Assembly: GCA_964545285.1 (NCBI GenBank)
Contig: CAZJEW010000001.1
Location: 1 to 63,390 of the forward strand
Direction of reading: 5' to 3'
DNA from: an uncultured Clostridium sp.
GTDB lineage: Bacteria; Bacillota_I; Bacilli_A; RF39; UBA660
Length of the DNA: 63,390 nt
Under the pieces are notes generated by a model, which ran no database searches, was not told the DNA's origin, and was given only the letters and a program-made list of their open reading frames with translations. The position numbers were made by a program, and so were the translations under genes. The stretch's first letter is position 1. Each line of letters starts with the position of its first letter. Positions 10,623 to 20,650 of the stretch are shown piece after piece.

Positions 10623-11310
10623 TTATATTTCTCCTCTTGGATAACCTGTTAACATTGTACCATTTACTTCTAACCCACCAATTCCATCTTCTTTATAATA
10701 TGTTTCAGATAACAATTCTTTTAAATCTACAGTTTTATTTACGCACGATAATGCCAGATATGAAGCAACTATAGCAGGATCTAAAGCATGAATGTTAACC
10801 CTTTTGGGACTTGATGCAAACGAAGAACCCGATTTTATTAATTCTTCATAATTACTTTGACAAGCTCCAGAAAATATTATTATATCTTTTCTATATCTTC
10901 TTATCATTTTTACAGTTTCAACGAAAAATTCACTATTTTTATATTTTTTCCCATTTTTACCTTTTTTATAGTAAGCATCATGACCTGTTATTACAACAAT
11001 ATTTGGATTGTATTTATTAATTAATTCAATTATAATATTCTTATAATTTTCTTCACTACTAATATATCCATAAACTTTAATATTCTGATTCTTATAATAA
11101 TTAATACACTTTTCAAGATAGTTTTTATCGCTATCTAGATGCAAAACAACTCCCGGTATATAAAAATACGTATCTGAATCAACTCTTCTTAAAACGTCTT
11201 TGTTTTCTTTTTTTTTAGGAATAGGCATTAATATTAAATCATTAATACTAGCATCCGCATATAATCTAACATCGCAACCTTTTAGATATACTATATTATC
11301 TTCTATTCTA
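10623..11310 (-). pseudogene. 5'-truncated duplicate of yabG (lacks about the first 21 codons and has no upstream start)
   Basis: The YabG reading frame runs from the duplication junction at 11310 to the stop at 10623. The first in-frame ATG (MPIPKKK, 11228) has no Shine-Dalgarno sequence. Confidence 0.75.
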
Positions 11311-11407
11311 TATGAACTCTTACTGATGTAATTTCCATAGTATACCTCCTTAACATTAAGATAATTTAATTGTACTACAAAAAAAAGACAATATCAACTA
11401 TTTTTGT

Positions 11408-11623
11408 TTAATTAAACTTTGATAGAATAACTGTTTTAGTTAAAATATCAGTATATGAGAATGTTTTTATTCCTTTATTAGTAGTTATTGTGAAAATATT
11501 AGAATGCATTTTGGTAATATATCCTTCTAAATATTCGTACTTGTTTCTTCCAAGAAATACTTTGATTTTAAGTTTTTGGTTTAACATACTTTTAATTTTG
11601 TTTTTAATGATATCTATATTCAA
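11408..11623 (-). CDS. veg: Veg protein (copy 2, identical)
   Basis: Identical 71-aa translation, offset 1002 nt from copy 1. Confidence 0.88.
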   Translation of the reverse strand: MNIDIIKNKIKSMLNQKLKIKVFLGRNKYEYLEGYITKMHSNIFTITTNKGIKTFSYTDILTKTVILSKFN

Positions 11624-11624
11624 T

Positions 11625-12377
11625 TTATATTTCTCCTCTTGGATAACCTGTTAACATTGTACCATTTACTTCTAACCCACCAATTCCATCTTCTTTATAA
11701 TATGTTTCAGATAACAATTCTTTTAAATCTACAGTTTTATTTACGCACGATAATGCCAGATATGAAGCAACTATAGCAGGATCTAAAGCATGAATGTTAA
11801 CCCTTTTGGGACTTGATGCAAACGAAGAACCCGATTTTATTAATTCTTCATAATTACTTTGACAAGCTCCAGAAAATATTATTATATCTTTTCTATATCT
11901 TCTTATCATTTTTACAGTTTCAACGAAAAATTCACTATTTTTATATTTTTTCCCATTTTTACCTTTTTTATAGTAAGCATCATGACCTGTTATTACAACA
12001 ATATTTGGATTGTATTTATTAATTAATTCAATTATAATATTCTTATAATTTTCTTCACTACTAATATATCCATAAACTTTAATATTCTGATTCTTATAAT
12101 AATTAATACACTTTTCAAGATAGTTTTTATCGCTATCTAGATGCAAAACAACTCCCGGTATATAAAAATACGTATCTGAATCAACTCTTCTTAAAACGTC
12201 TTTGTTTTCTTTTTTTTTAGGAATAGGCATTAATATTAAATCATTAATACTAGCATCCGCATATAATCTAACATCGCAACCTTTTAGATATACTATATTA
12301 TCTTCTATTCTATCAATAATAAAAATAATGTCATTACCATATTTCTTTCTAGACACGTAGTCTCCAATTTTTAACAT
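11625..12377 (-). CDS. yabG: sporulation-specific protease YabG (peptidase U57), full length
   Basis: 250 aa with VVITGHDAY and FSGACQS motifs; rsmA-yabG-veg order as in B. subtilis. Confidence 0.85.
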   Translation of the reverse strand: MLKIGDYVSRKKYGNDIIFIIDRIEDNIVYLKGCDVRLYADASINDLILMPIPKKKENKDVLRRVDSDTYFYIPGVVLHLDSDKNYLEKCINYYKNQNIKVYGYISSEENYKNIIIELINKYNPNIVVITGHDAYYKKGKNGKKYKNSEFFVETVKMIRRYRKDIIIFSGACQSNYEELIKSGSSFASSPKRVNIHALDPAIVASYLALSCVNKTVDLKELLSETYYKEDGIGGLEVNGTMLTGYPRGEI

Positions 12378-12420
12378 ATTTTCTCCTGTTAAATTATATT
12401 ATAAAATAAAAAAAATATAT

Positions 12421-13203
12421 CTAATTTATATTATTAGATATATATACATAATCTGAAACAGATAAATTTTCTGCTCTATAACTTAAGTCTTTTCCGACAT
12501 CGTTTAACAATTTTAGAAGTTTAACTTGATCATAATTACTTAAGTTATTCTTCAAATTTTTTCTTTTATGCATAAATGAATCTTTTACTATTTTTTCAAA
12601 CAATTCATAATTGGTAATTTTTTCTTTATTTCTTTTAATAAGTTTAATTACAACACTATCAACCTTTGGAATTGGATAAAAACATTTTTTATTTACAACA
12701 CAAATCTTATTTACATCATAATTATATTGTAAAAATACTGAAATTGATGAGTACAACTTATTATTAGGTTTTGATATAAATCTTTCACCAACTTCTTTTT
12801 GAATCATAACTATAACCTCATCAGGATTACATTCATAAGTAACTTTTTTAATAATCGGAGTGGTTATATAGTATGGTAAATTTCCAATGACAATAATTTT
12901 ATCATAATGATTTACATATTCTTTTAAATTTACCTTTAAAATATCTTCATAAATTATTTTAAGATTACCGGTTTCATATTTTGAAAGAGTTTCCTTTAAT
13001 CTAGTATCTATTTCAAAACATATTACATTAGTATCGAGCTTAGAAAGATAAGATGTTAATGCACCTGCTCCAGGTCCTATCTCAATAATTAGTGAGTTTT
13101 TTACATATTCTACATTATTAATAATTTTTTCTATTATATTTTTATCATTTAAAAAGTTTTGACCAAGATTTTTTTTGTACTCGAAATTTCTCATTAATTC
13201 CAT
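12421..13203 (-). CDS. rsmA: 16S rRNA (adenine1518/1519-N6)-dimethyltransferase RsmA/KsgA
   Basis: LGQNFL motif, SAM site EIGPGAGALT, NLPYYITTPI. Confidence 0.93.
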   Translation of the reverse strand: MELMRNFEYKKNLGQNFLNDKNIIEKIINNVEYVKNSLIIEIGPGAGALTSYLSKLDTNVICFEIDTRLKETLSKYETGNLKIIYEDILKVNLKEYVNHYDKIIVIGNLPYYITTPIIKKVTYECNPDEVIVMIQKEVGERFISKPNNKLYSSISVFLQYNYDVNKICVVNKKCFYPIPKVDSVVIKLIKRNKEKITNYELFEKIVKDSFMHKRKNLKNNLSNYDQVKLLKLLNDVGKDLSYRAENLSVSDYVYISNNIN

Positions 13204-13745
13204 CCTTCTCTAAGGACTTCAAATTCCAAATTTCTAACTCTACCAACATTTTTAATAGCATAATCTTCATTTTCAGTTAATAAATCTATATCATTTCCAC
13301 CTACACCCCTATCAAGAATAATTGCAACAATTGGTTCTTCAGATAACTTGTTTACAGAAAATCTTATAATCGTTCCGCATGGATAATTTTTACTACTTGC
13401 AGCAATTCTAATTGTTCCATATACATTATCATTGTAATAAATACCTTCTTCTAAAACATTTGTTCTTGGGGGGCAAGCTAAGTACCCACTACATAAAGCA
13501 CAATCACCAGCATATCCAGTTAAATCACCATTAAAAGAATAAATAGATGTATATGCACTTTGCTTATACAATAGTTTTTGACTATTCTCAATTACTTCTT
13601 CATCTAATACTTTACCTAAATTAGTATTAAGTGCAACTGTCAAAGTAGAATCATTAAAAGTAGAATTTTTAATAAAAAACAAAATAGTAATTAAAATAAT
13701 TACTTCTGTTGCCATTTTAATTCTGCTTAGAACGTATTTTCTCAT
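13194..13745 (-). CDS. 3D-domain (MltA/RlpA-like double-psi beta-barrel) secreted protein, YabE-like
   Basis: N-terminal TM anchor; C-terminal 3D-type region (GTIIRF...ILDRGVGGNDIDLL); occupies the yabE position between tatD and rsmA. Confidence 0.6.
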   Translation of the reverse strand: MRKYVLSRIKMATEVIILITILFFIKNSTFNDSTLTVALNTNLGKVLDEEVIENSQKLLYKQSAYTSIYSFNGDLTGYAGDCALCSGYLACPPRTNVLEEGIYYNDNVYGTIRIAASSKNYPCGTIIRFSVNKLSEEPIVAIILDRGVGGNDIDLLTENEDYAIKNVGRVRNLEFEVLREGWN

Positions 13746-13773
13746 AGATACTCCTAAACAAATTATACTATAG

Positions 13774-14529
13774 TTATATTTCTAAGTCAAAAACATTAAT
13801 AGCATTTTCTGTAGTTTTTTTGATCACTTCTTCAAATGAAATGTTTTTAATTTCTGCAATTCTTAATGCAACATATTTAATATTATCAGGAGTGTTTTTT
13901 TTCCCTCTAAAAGGTTCCGGTGATAGAAAAGGACTATCAGTTTCTAATAATAACCTATCCAAATCTATTTTTTCAATTACTTTGTATAAATTTGAATTTT
14001 TAAATGTTAAAACTCCACCAATTCCTAAGTAATATCCCATTTTAACAAATTCTCTTGCCATTTCAACACTACCAGAGAAACAATGAATAACACCCCTAGA
14101 TTTGTATTTTTTTAAAATATTTAATGTATCTTGTATTGAATCTCTCGTATGAACTACTATAGGTAAATTATATTTATTTGCTAAAAGTATTTGTTTTATA
14201 AATACTTCTTTTTGCTCTGGAATGTTATTTTTAGAATAATTGTAATCTAATCCTATTTCTCCTACAGCAACAAACCTATTATTCTTTAATAACGTTTCTA
14301 TTTCTATCAAATCATTATTAATATTTTTATTAATATTTTGTGGATGAATACCACATGTAGGGAATAAATAATTTTTATACTTTTTAGAATAATTTAAAAC
14401 TTCAATTGTAGTGTCCAAATTATCCGCAGAATTTATAACACATTTAACATCATTACTTTTAATTGTATCAACCAAAACATCAATACTATCAAAAAATTCA
14501 TCAATTATATGAGCGTGTGAATCAATCAT
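13774..14529 (-). CDS. tatD: TatD-family metal-dependent hydrolase (YabD)
   Basis: MIDSHAHI, GEIGLDY, VVHTRD, ETDSPFL motifs. Confidence 0.9.
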   Translation of the reverse strand: MIDSHAHIIDEFFDSIDVLVDTIKSNDVKCVINSADNLDTTIEVLNYSKKYKNYLFPTCGIHPQNINKNINNDLIEIETLLKNNRFVAVGEIGLDYNYSKNNIPEQKEVFIKQILLANKYNLPIVVHTRDSIQDTLNILKKYKSRGVIHCFSGSVEMAREFVKMGYYLGIGGVLTFKNSNLYKVIEKIDLDRLLLETDSPFLSPEPFRGKKNTPDNIKYVALRIAEIKNISFEEVIKKTTENAINVFDLEI

Positions 14530-14719
14530 ATTCTTTTTCTATTAAAAATATATAACTTCCCCTTATCATATAAAATGCACAAATAAAAGTAAACGGCAAT
14601 AATGATAATTCAATCTTTTGATTTAATAATACCATTAAAAGAACAAGTAATATTACACAACTAATAAAAGCAAATAATAAATATTTATATAATATCTCTT
14701 TATTAATTAATTTATGCAT
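14522..14719 (-). CDS. small two-TM membrane protein, hypothetical
   Basis: Start trimmed to MHKLINK, which has a strong GGAGGA RBS; overlaps the tatD start by 8 nt (translational coupling). Confidence 0.45.
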   Translation of the reverse strand: MHKLINKEILYKYLLFAFISCVILLVLLMVLLNQKIELSLLPFTFICAFYMIRGSYIFLIEKEYD

Positions 14720-14802
14720 ATAATCCTCCGCACATATTATTTCAATAAAAAAGCATATTTTCAATGCTTTTGACAAAAGATACAATAATTTTACATTATT
14801 AT

Positions 14803-15297
14803 TTATTTTTCTACAATAATATTAACAATTAAATCTTTTAATATATTGCAATCGACTTCTATTTCTCTAATATTTCCACTCCCATATGCTATTATAGTTG
14901 CAATTAGATTGCTTTCGAAAACTATTGGATATAATAAAGAACAATTATTAATAGTTAATTCATTATCAATTTTAATACTGCTTAAATTATAATACTTCTT
15001 TCTATCTTTAATAATATTCAATAATTCATTATTAACAACTTCATAATTAGGTAATGATATATTCTTAATGATTAATAAAATATTATATTGGATATTTGAA
15101 TTAAATACATTTAACAGATTAATAATTTTATCTTCGTAAGCACTCGTTTTGGAATATTTAGATAATATAATATTGTTATTATCAACAAGTATTTGAAAAT
15201 CATCACCAGATTCAATGTTTAAACCATATCTCAATTCTTTTGGTAAAACTATTCGTCCTAAATTATCTATTTTTCTTATTATTCCAGTATTTATCAA
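14803..15297 (-). CDS. spoVT: stage V sporulation protein T (AbrB-family regulator)
   Basis: N-terminal SpoVT/AbrB swapped-hairpin domain (TGIIRKIDNLGRIVLPKELR) plus a GAF-like C-terminal domain; immediately downstream of mfd as in Bacillus. Confidence 0.78.
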   Translation of the reverse strand: MINTGIIRKIDNLGRIVLPKELRYGLNIESGDDFQILVDNNNIILSKYSKTSAYEDKIINLLNVFNSNIQYNILLIIKNISLPNYEVVNNELLNIIKDRKKYYNLSSIKIDNELTINNCSLLYPIVFESNLIATIIAYGSGNIREIEVDCNILKDLIVNIIVEK

Positions 15298-15343
15298 AAT
15301 ATCACCTACTAATACTATTTTGATATTATATTAAATTATTATA

Positions 15344-18300
15344 CTATTTTTTCAAATTATTTATTAATTCAAGTAATCTTACTGAATAGAAAATATAATT
15401 CTCATCAAGTGTTGCTTTTAGTAATGTGATTAGAATGGATTTATTTAAATATTCAAAATTAAACTTGATAGAAATTTTCATTGAATCAACAAATAGTTTT
15501 TCAACATTTATATTGGAATAAGATTTTTCATTAAGTTTAAACACAATTTTAATATCATTATTTTTAAGGACCAAAACATTTGAAACTAACAGCAATTTCT
15601 CTAAATATTTTTCATAAGCATATATTTCAAGTTGCTCATTAGTTCTTCCAAATCTATCTTTTATTTCATCCATAACATCAATTAATTCTTTTTTAGTTGT
15701 TATTCCATTGATTTTCTTATGTAAACTAATTATTATTGAATTTTCATCAGTAACATTTTCATCAATATGAGTTTCGACATCAATTGGTATAATAGTCTTA
15801 TTATCATCCTCATCATCAATATTTATACCCTTTACTTCTTCGTTAATTAAATCAAGATACATATCAACACCTATAGAATCTATAAAACCAGCTTGTTCGC
15901 TACCTAAAATATCTCCGGCTCCTCTTATTGCCAAATCCCTCATCGATATTTTATACCCGCTTCCAAGTTCGGTAAATTCTTTAATAGCTTCAAGTCTTTT
16001 TACAGCGGTAGAAGTTAGAACCCTTTCTTTTCTATACATAAGGTAAGCATATGCAATTCTATTACTTCTTCCGACTCTTCCTCTTATTTGATAAAGTTGA
16101 GATAAACCAAACCTATCAGCATCTAAAACGATAATTGTATTCGCATTAGGAATATCTATTCCGTTTTCAATAATAGTAGTGCTAAGCAAAACGTCGTATT
16201 TGTAATTTGTAAACTCATATACTCTTTCTTGCATCTCGTTTTTTGACATTTTACCATGTGCATAACCAATTCTTGCTTCAGGAATTAACTTATTTAACTT
16301 GATTAATTCTTTTTCCATATTAAAAATATTATTATAAAGAATAAAGCATTGTCCACCTCTAGACATTTCGTTGATAACACTTTCTCTTAATAGCATCTCA
16401 TTATATTCTATAACATATGTTTGAACAGGGTATCTATTTTTAGGAGCACTCTCAATTAATGACATATCTCTAATACCAACAAGAGACATTTGAAGAGATC
16501 TTGGTATTGGTGTAGCAGAAACCGACAAAACATGTACATTAGATTTCATTGATTTGATTTTTTCTTTTTGTTCAACACCAAACCTGTGCTCTTCGTCAAT
16601 AACTAACAAACCTAAATCTTTGAAGATTACATCTTTACTTAAAAGTCTGTGTGTACCAAAAATCACATCAATTTTGCCTTCTTTAAGTTTGTTAAGTTTA
16701 TTTTGAACATCTTTATTTGTAAAATCTCTATTGATTAATGCTATATTTACACCATAATTTTTAAATCTATCCAAAGCGCTATTGTATTGTTGATATGAAA
16801 GAATCGTTGTTGGACACAAATAAGCTACTTGTTTACCGTTCATTACAGTTTTAAATATAGCTCTAAAAATCACTTCGGTTTTACCATAGCCTACATCCCC
16901 ACATAATAGTCTTTCCATTGGACTTCTTTTTTCTAAATCTCTTTTTATTTCCTCTGAACTTTTATACTGATCAACAGTCACATCATATTGAAATTCAGAT
17001 TCAAATATTAATTGATTTTCATCATCTTTAGAAAAAGGTTCAATTGTTGCTTTGTTTCTTTCTTTATATATTTTCAAAAGTTCGCCTGTAATGTCCTTTA
17101 ACCTATTCTTAATTTTTAACTTTGTTTTAGTCCATTCAACACTATTTAATTTATGGATTATTGGTTTTGCACCTTCTTTAGAGGTATATTTATATAATTT
17201 TTCAATATCTTCAACTGGCAAATATAATTTATCACTACCTTTATATTGGATTAAAATATAGTCTTTTTTTAATCCGTTTTTCTCTATTGTTTTTAAACCC
17301 ATATATATTCCAATACCGGATTTTCTATGAACCACATAATCACCTATTTTCAATTTATCTAAACTATCAATTTTATTTCCATATTTATAGTCTGATATAA
17401 GTTTAGGAGCCTTAGTGAATTTAAACAAATCATTATCAGAATAATAATAATTATTATTATAAATAAATCCATTTTCTAAATATTCATTTTCTATTTTAAT
17501 GTTTTTTGCCTTTAATGATGTAATAGTTTTATCATTAATTGAATATAATGTTCCGTTATTTTTAATAATATCATTGATAAACTCATTTTTATTATTATTA
17601 TAGTACTCAATAGATTTTGCTTCAATTACCAAGTCATACTTTTTATTGTTATCAATAGTATTTATATAAATATCTGTTTCTTTAATCAAATCTTTAACTT
17701 TAAATATTTCATTTTGTATATCTAAATATTTAATTTGCGGAATATTCATTTTTTCAATTTTAATTAATTCATTATAATTAATATATATTGTTAAAATATT
17801 ATCAAAAAAATCAATAATACTTGTTTTGTTATTACCAAAATCATCTTTAATAGCATTAATAGTAATTGAATCTATGCATTTAGAATCAATAGTTTTTTGT
17901 GTTGTTTCATCAAAATATTTAATAGATTCAATGGCATCATCAAAAAACTCTATTCTTACCGGGTTTTCTTCATGAATTGGAAATATATCCATAACAAAAC
18001 CTCTTATAGCAAATTCTGAAGTATTCATAACTAAAGATTCTTTTTTATAACCTATATTGTATAATTTTTTAATTAAATTATCTCTATTTATATTAGAGTT
18101 TTTTTTCAAGACAATTTCGTTTTTAACAAAATCTTCTCTATTAGGTAATTTTTTAACAAAACTATTATAATGAGTAATAACAATTTTTTTATCTTTATTC
18201 AATAAACTATTAAGTATTTTAAGTCTCAAAAAAAGTAAGTCTGGTGAAATAGCTATTGCACTTTTTGTAATGAAATCATCTTCAGGAAAAATATAAACAG

Positions 18301-18493
18301 AATCGTCATAATTTTTTAACGAATTAAAAGCTACAGTTGCTTCATTTAATGTTGGATAAACTAATAGTAAATCTTTTTTGGTATGACTAAAAATATATAG
18401 AATAACTTCCATATATATACTATTATTTGACACATACAAATTATGATTATTTAAATCAAAATCAAATAATCTTTCACACAGTCTCCTCTTCAT
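15344..18493 (-). CDS. mfd: transcription-repair coupling factor Mfd
   Basis: Walker A GDVGYGKTE, DEEH box VIDEEHRFGV, RID/CarD-like region, TRG motif region. Confidence 0.95.
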   Translation of the reverse strand: MKRRLCERLFDFDLNNHNLYVSNNSIYMEVILYIFSHTKKDLLLVYPTLNEATVAFNSLKNYDDSVYIFPEDDFITKSAIAISPDLLFLRLKILNSLLNKDKKIVITHYNSFVKKLPNREDFVKNEIVLKKNSNINRDNLIKKLYNIGYKKESLVMNTSEFAIRGFVMDIFPIHEENPVRIEFFDDAIESIKYFDETTQKTIDSKCIDSITINAIKDDFGNNKTSIIDFFDNILTIYINYNELIKIEKMNIPQIKYLDIQNEIFKVKDLIKETDIYINTIDNNKKYDLVIEAKSIEYYNNNKNEFINDIIKNNGTLYSINDKTITSLKAKNIKIENEYLENGFIYNNNYYYSDNDLFKFTKAPKLISDYKYGNKIDSLDKLKIGDYVVHRKSGIGIYMGLKTIEKNGLKKDYILIQYKGSDKLYLPVEDIEKLYKYTSKEGAKPIIHKLNSVEWTKTKLKIKNRLKDITGELLKIYKERNKATIEPFSKDDENQLIFESEFQYDVTVDQYKSSEEIKRDLEKRSPMERLLCGDVGYGKTEVIFRAIFKTVMNGKQVAYLCPTTILSYQQYNSALDRFKNYGVNIALINRDFTNKDVQNKLNKLKEGKIDVIFGTHRLLSKDVIFKDLGLLVIDEEHRFGVEQKEKIKSMKSNVHVLSVSATPIPRSLQMSLVGIRDMSLIESAPKNRYPVQTYVIEYNEMLLRESVINEMSRGGQCFILYNNIFNMEKELIKLNKLIPEARIGYAHGKMSKNEMQERVYEFTNYKYDVLLSTTIIENGIDIPNANTIIVLDADRFGLSQLYQIRGRVGRSNRIAYAYLMYRKERVLTSTAVKRLEAIKEFTELGSGYKISMRDLAIRGAGDILGSEQAGFIDSIGVDMYLDLINEEVKGINIDDEDDNKTIIPIDVETHIDENVTDENSIIISLHKKINGITTKKELIDVMDEIKDRFGRTNEQLEIYAYEKYLEKLLLVSNVLVLKNNDIKIVFKLNEKSYSNINVEKLFVDSMKISIKFNFEYLNKSILITLLKATLDENYIFYSVRLLELINNLKK

Positions 18494-19052
18494 TTTTATC
18501 CTTTTTATTATATTTTGCCATTAATCCATCTATGCCTAAAGCAGGAAAATCATTAATAATATTATTAATTGTTGGCAAAATGTTTAAAATTCTCTCATAA
18601 TCAGTTTTGGAAAATTCTCCCAAAACATAATCAAATAATTTGGTTTTAGTTTTAGAAGTGCCAATTCTAACTCTAGCTATTTTTTCTGTACCAATTTTAT
18701 TAATTATATCATTTATACCATTATGTCCAGCAGAACTTCCCCCTCGTTTAATTTTGAATGTTCCAGTCTTAAAAACCACATCATCATATATTACTAAAAT
18801 ATCATTTTCAGAAAGATTATAATAATCAAAATATTTTCTTACAACATCACCAGATAAATTCATATAACTTAATGGTTTTAATAAAATTGTTTTTTCGCCA
18901 TTAATAATTGTTTCTGCATATAAACCATTATGTTTATTTTTAAATTTTAAATTGTATTGTTCTGCATAACAATCCAAAGCTATAAAGCCAATATTATGTC
19001 TTGTTTTTATATAGTCTTTTCCAGGATTACCCAAACCAACTATTAATTTCAT
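18474..19052 (-). CDS. pth: peptidyl-tRNA hydrolase
   Basis: MKLIVGLGNPG...TRHNIGF...GHNGINDI. Confidence 0.95.
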   Translation of the reverse strand: MKLIVGLGNPGKDYIKTRHNIGFIALDCYAEQYNLKFKNKHNGLYAETIINGEKTILLKPLSYMNLSGDVVRKYFDYYNLSENDILVIYDDVVFKTGTFKIKRGGSSAGHNGINDIINKIGTEKIARVRIGTSKTKTKLFDYVLGEFSKTDYERILNILPTINNIINDFPALGIDGLMAKYNKKDKNEEETV

Positions 19053-19894
19053 AATAATTTCTCCTTACATTCATTATACAGCTCATTTTTAGAAATTCCA
19101 TACAATGTCGCAATTTCTTTAATTGCATTTGACATTTTATAACCTCTATCAATTAGTTCTGATACTTTGGAGACATAATCAACTTCATCATCTGTATTTT
19201 TATTACCATCAATAATAATTACAAACTCACCTTTAGGATCTTTATAATAGTCGATTGCATCAGATACTTTTCCTCTAAATACTTCTTCATATATTTTCGA
19301 TATTTCTCTGCTTATAGACATTTTTCTATTACCTAAGATCTTTTCAATACATTTTAACGTATCAATTATTCTGTGTGGAGATTCATAAAAAATAATTGTA
19401 TATGGAATGCTACATATTTTTTTTAATTCATTACATTTTATTGAATTCTTACTATTTAAAAAACCATAAAAAAGAAATTTTGAATTATCTAATCCAGACA
19501 TATTTATTGCTGGCAAAAGAGCGCTTGGACCTGGAAGTGCAATGACATTGACATTATTATCTATTAAATAGTTTGTTATAACTTCTCCAGGATCAGATAT
19601 AAGCGGAGTCCCTCTATCACTCATATATACCACGTCATTACCCGTCTTTATAATTTCAAAAATCTTATCTTTGTTTTTTTCTTCTGAGTATTTATGACAC
19701 GAAAATATTTTTTTGTTTTTTATATCTAATTTGCTTAACAAAAGTTTTGAAACTCTTGTGTCTTCAGCAAATATATAACAACTATCTTTTAAAACGTTAA
19801 TTGCCCTTAAAGTAATATCTTCTAAATTACCTATAGGTGTAGGTATTAAATATAATTTACCATTATTATTTTTTTTATAACTATTTTGAATCAT
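19049..19894 (-). CDS. rsmI: 16S rRNA (cytidine1402-2'-O)-methyltransferase RsmI
   Basis: LYLIPTPIGNLEDITLRA tetrapyrrole-methylase-type N terminus; yabC position. Confidence 0.9.
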   Translation of the reverse strand: MIQNSYKKNNNGKLYLIPTPIGNLEDITLRAINVLKDSCYIFAEDTRVSKLLLSKLDIKNKKIFSCHKYSEEKNKDKIFEIIKTGNDVVYMSDRGTPLISDPGEVITNYLIDNNVNVIALPGPSALLPAINMSGLDNSKFLFYGFLNSKNSIKCNELKKICSIPYTIIFYESPHRIIDTLKCIEKILGNRKMSISREISKIYEEVFRGKVSDAIDYYKDPKGEFVIIIDGNKNTDDEVDYVSKVSELIDRGYKMSNAIKEIATLYGISKNELYNECKEKLL

Positions 19895-19903
19895 ATATAC
19901 CTC

Positions 19904-20650
19904 CTAGGAAAACATATTCAATATTTCTTTTGTATAGCTCCCATCATCATTGTGAACAATTAGCGGTTTCATTACTTCGAAACCCATTTTACCATTTTTA
20001 GTTCCGGATATCAAAATCAAATTAGAATGCATATTATTTTTAGAGTATACAAACCTAATTTTTTTTGGTTCAATATTATATTTTCTCATTAAACATATAA
20101 TATCAATTAACCTTTCGGTTCTATGGACTAAATATAATTTACCATTATTTTTAAGTAATTTTCTGGATATTTTAAATATATCATCAAGAGAAACGTTAAT
20201 CTCATGTCTAGATATTGCTTTACTTATTGTAATGTTTTTTACACTATTTATGTAGTTTTTAAAGTATGGCGGATTACAGGAGATAATGTCAAATTTATCA
20301 GATTCAAATCTATTATACGTATCATTAATATTTTCGTTTATTATTTTGATTTGTTTATCTAATTTGTTCTTTTTAACTGATTTTACAGCTAAATCGTAAA
20401 TTCGTTTTTGTATTTCTATTCCATAAATTTTTGCATTTGTTCTTTTTGTTAAAATTATCGGAATAGGAGCATTTCCTGTACATAGATCTAAAATATTGTG
20501 TGTGTTTTTATAAATATCAATAAAATATGGGAGAATGATAGAATCTAAACTAAATTTAAAACAATTGTTGTCTTGATATATTTTTAAATCATTAAAATAT
20601 GCAAGATCATTTTCTACTACATTTTTTTTCGCATTTTTCGCATTTGTCAT
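19904..20650 (-). CDS. SAM-dependent N6-adenine methyltransferase, TrmN6/YabB-like
   Basis: SAM site LDLCTGNA and catalytic NPPY (SCNPPYFK). Confidence 0.75.
   Translation of the reverse strand: MTNAKNAKKNVVENDLAYFNDLKIYQDNNCFKFSLDSIILPYFIDIYKNTHNILDLCTGNAPIPIILTKRTNAKIYGIEIQKRIYDLAVKSVKKNKLDKQIKIINENINDTYNRFESDKFDIISCNPPYFKNYINSVKNITISKAISRHEINVSLDDIFKISRKLLKNNGKLYLVHRTERLIDIICLMRKYNIEPKKIRFVYSKNNMHSNLILISGTKNGKMGFEVMKPLIVHNDDGSYTKEILNMFS

Larger units (their letters stand above)
10309..12312. repeat. two head-to-tail copies of a 1,002-bp unit (10309-11310 and 11311-12312)
   Basis: ORFs offset by exactly 1002 nt have identical translations: veg 71 aa, YabG 201 aa, and a 69-aa shadow ORF. 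Intergenic stretches I compared by eye are identical. Boundaries were fixed by the first mismatches at 10308 vs 11310 and at 11312 vs 12314. Confidence 0.9.

Noticed and set aside
10623-11228. Treating the 201-aa ORF as a second functional, shorter YabG paralog
   Set aside because: It is identical to residues 50-250 of the full gene. It is created by the duplication breakpoint, has no SD before its first ATG, and lacks the N-terminal region. It is better described as a truncated duplicate.
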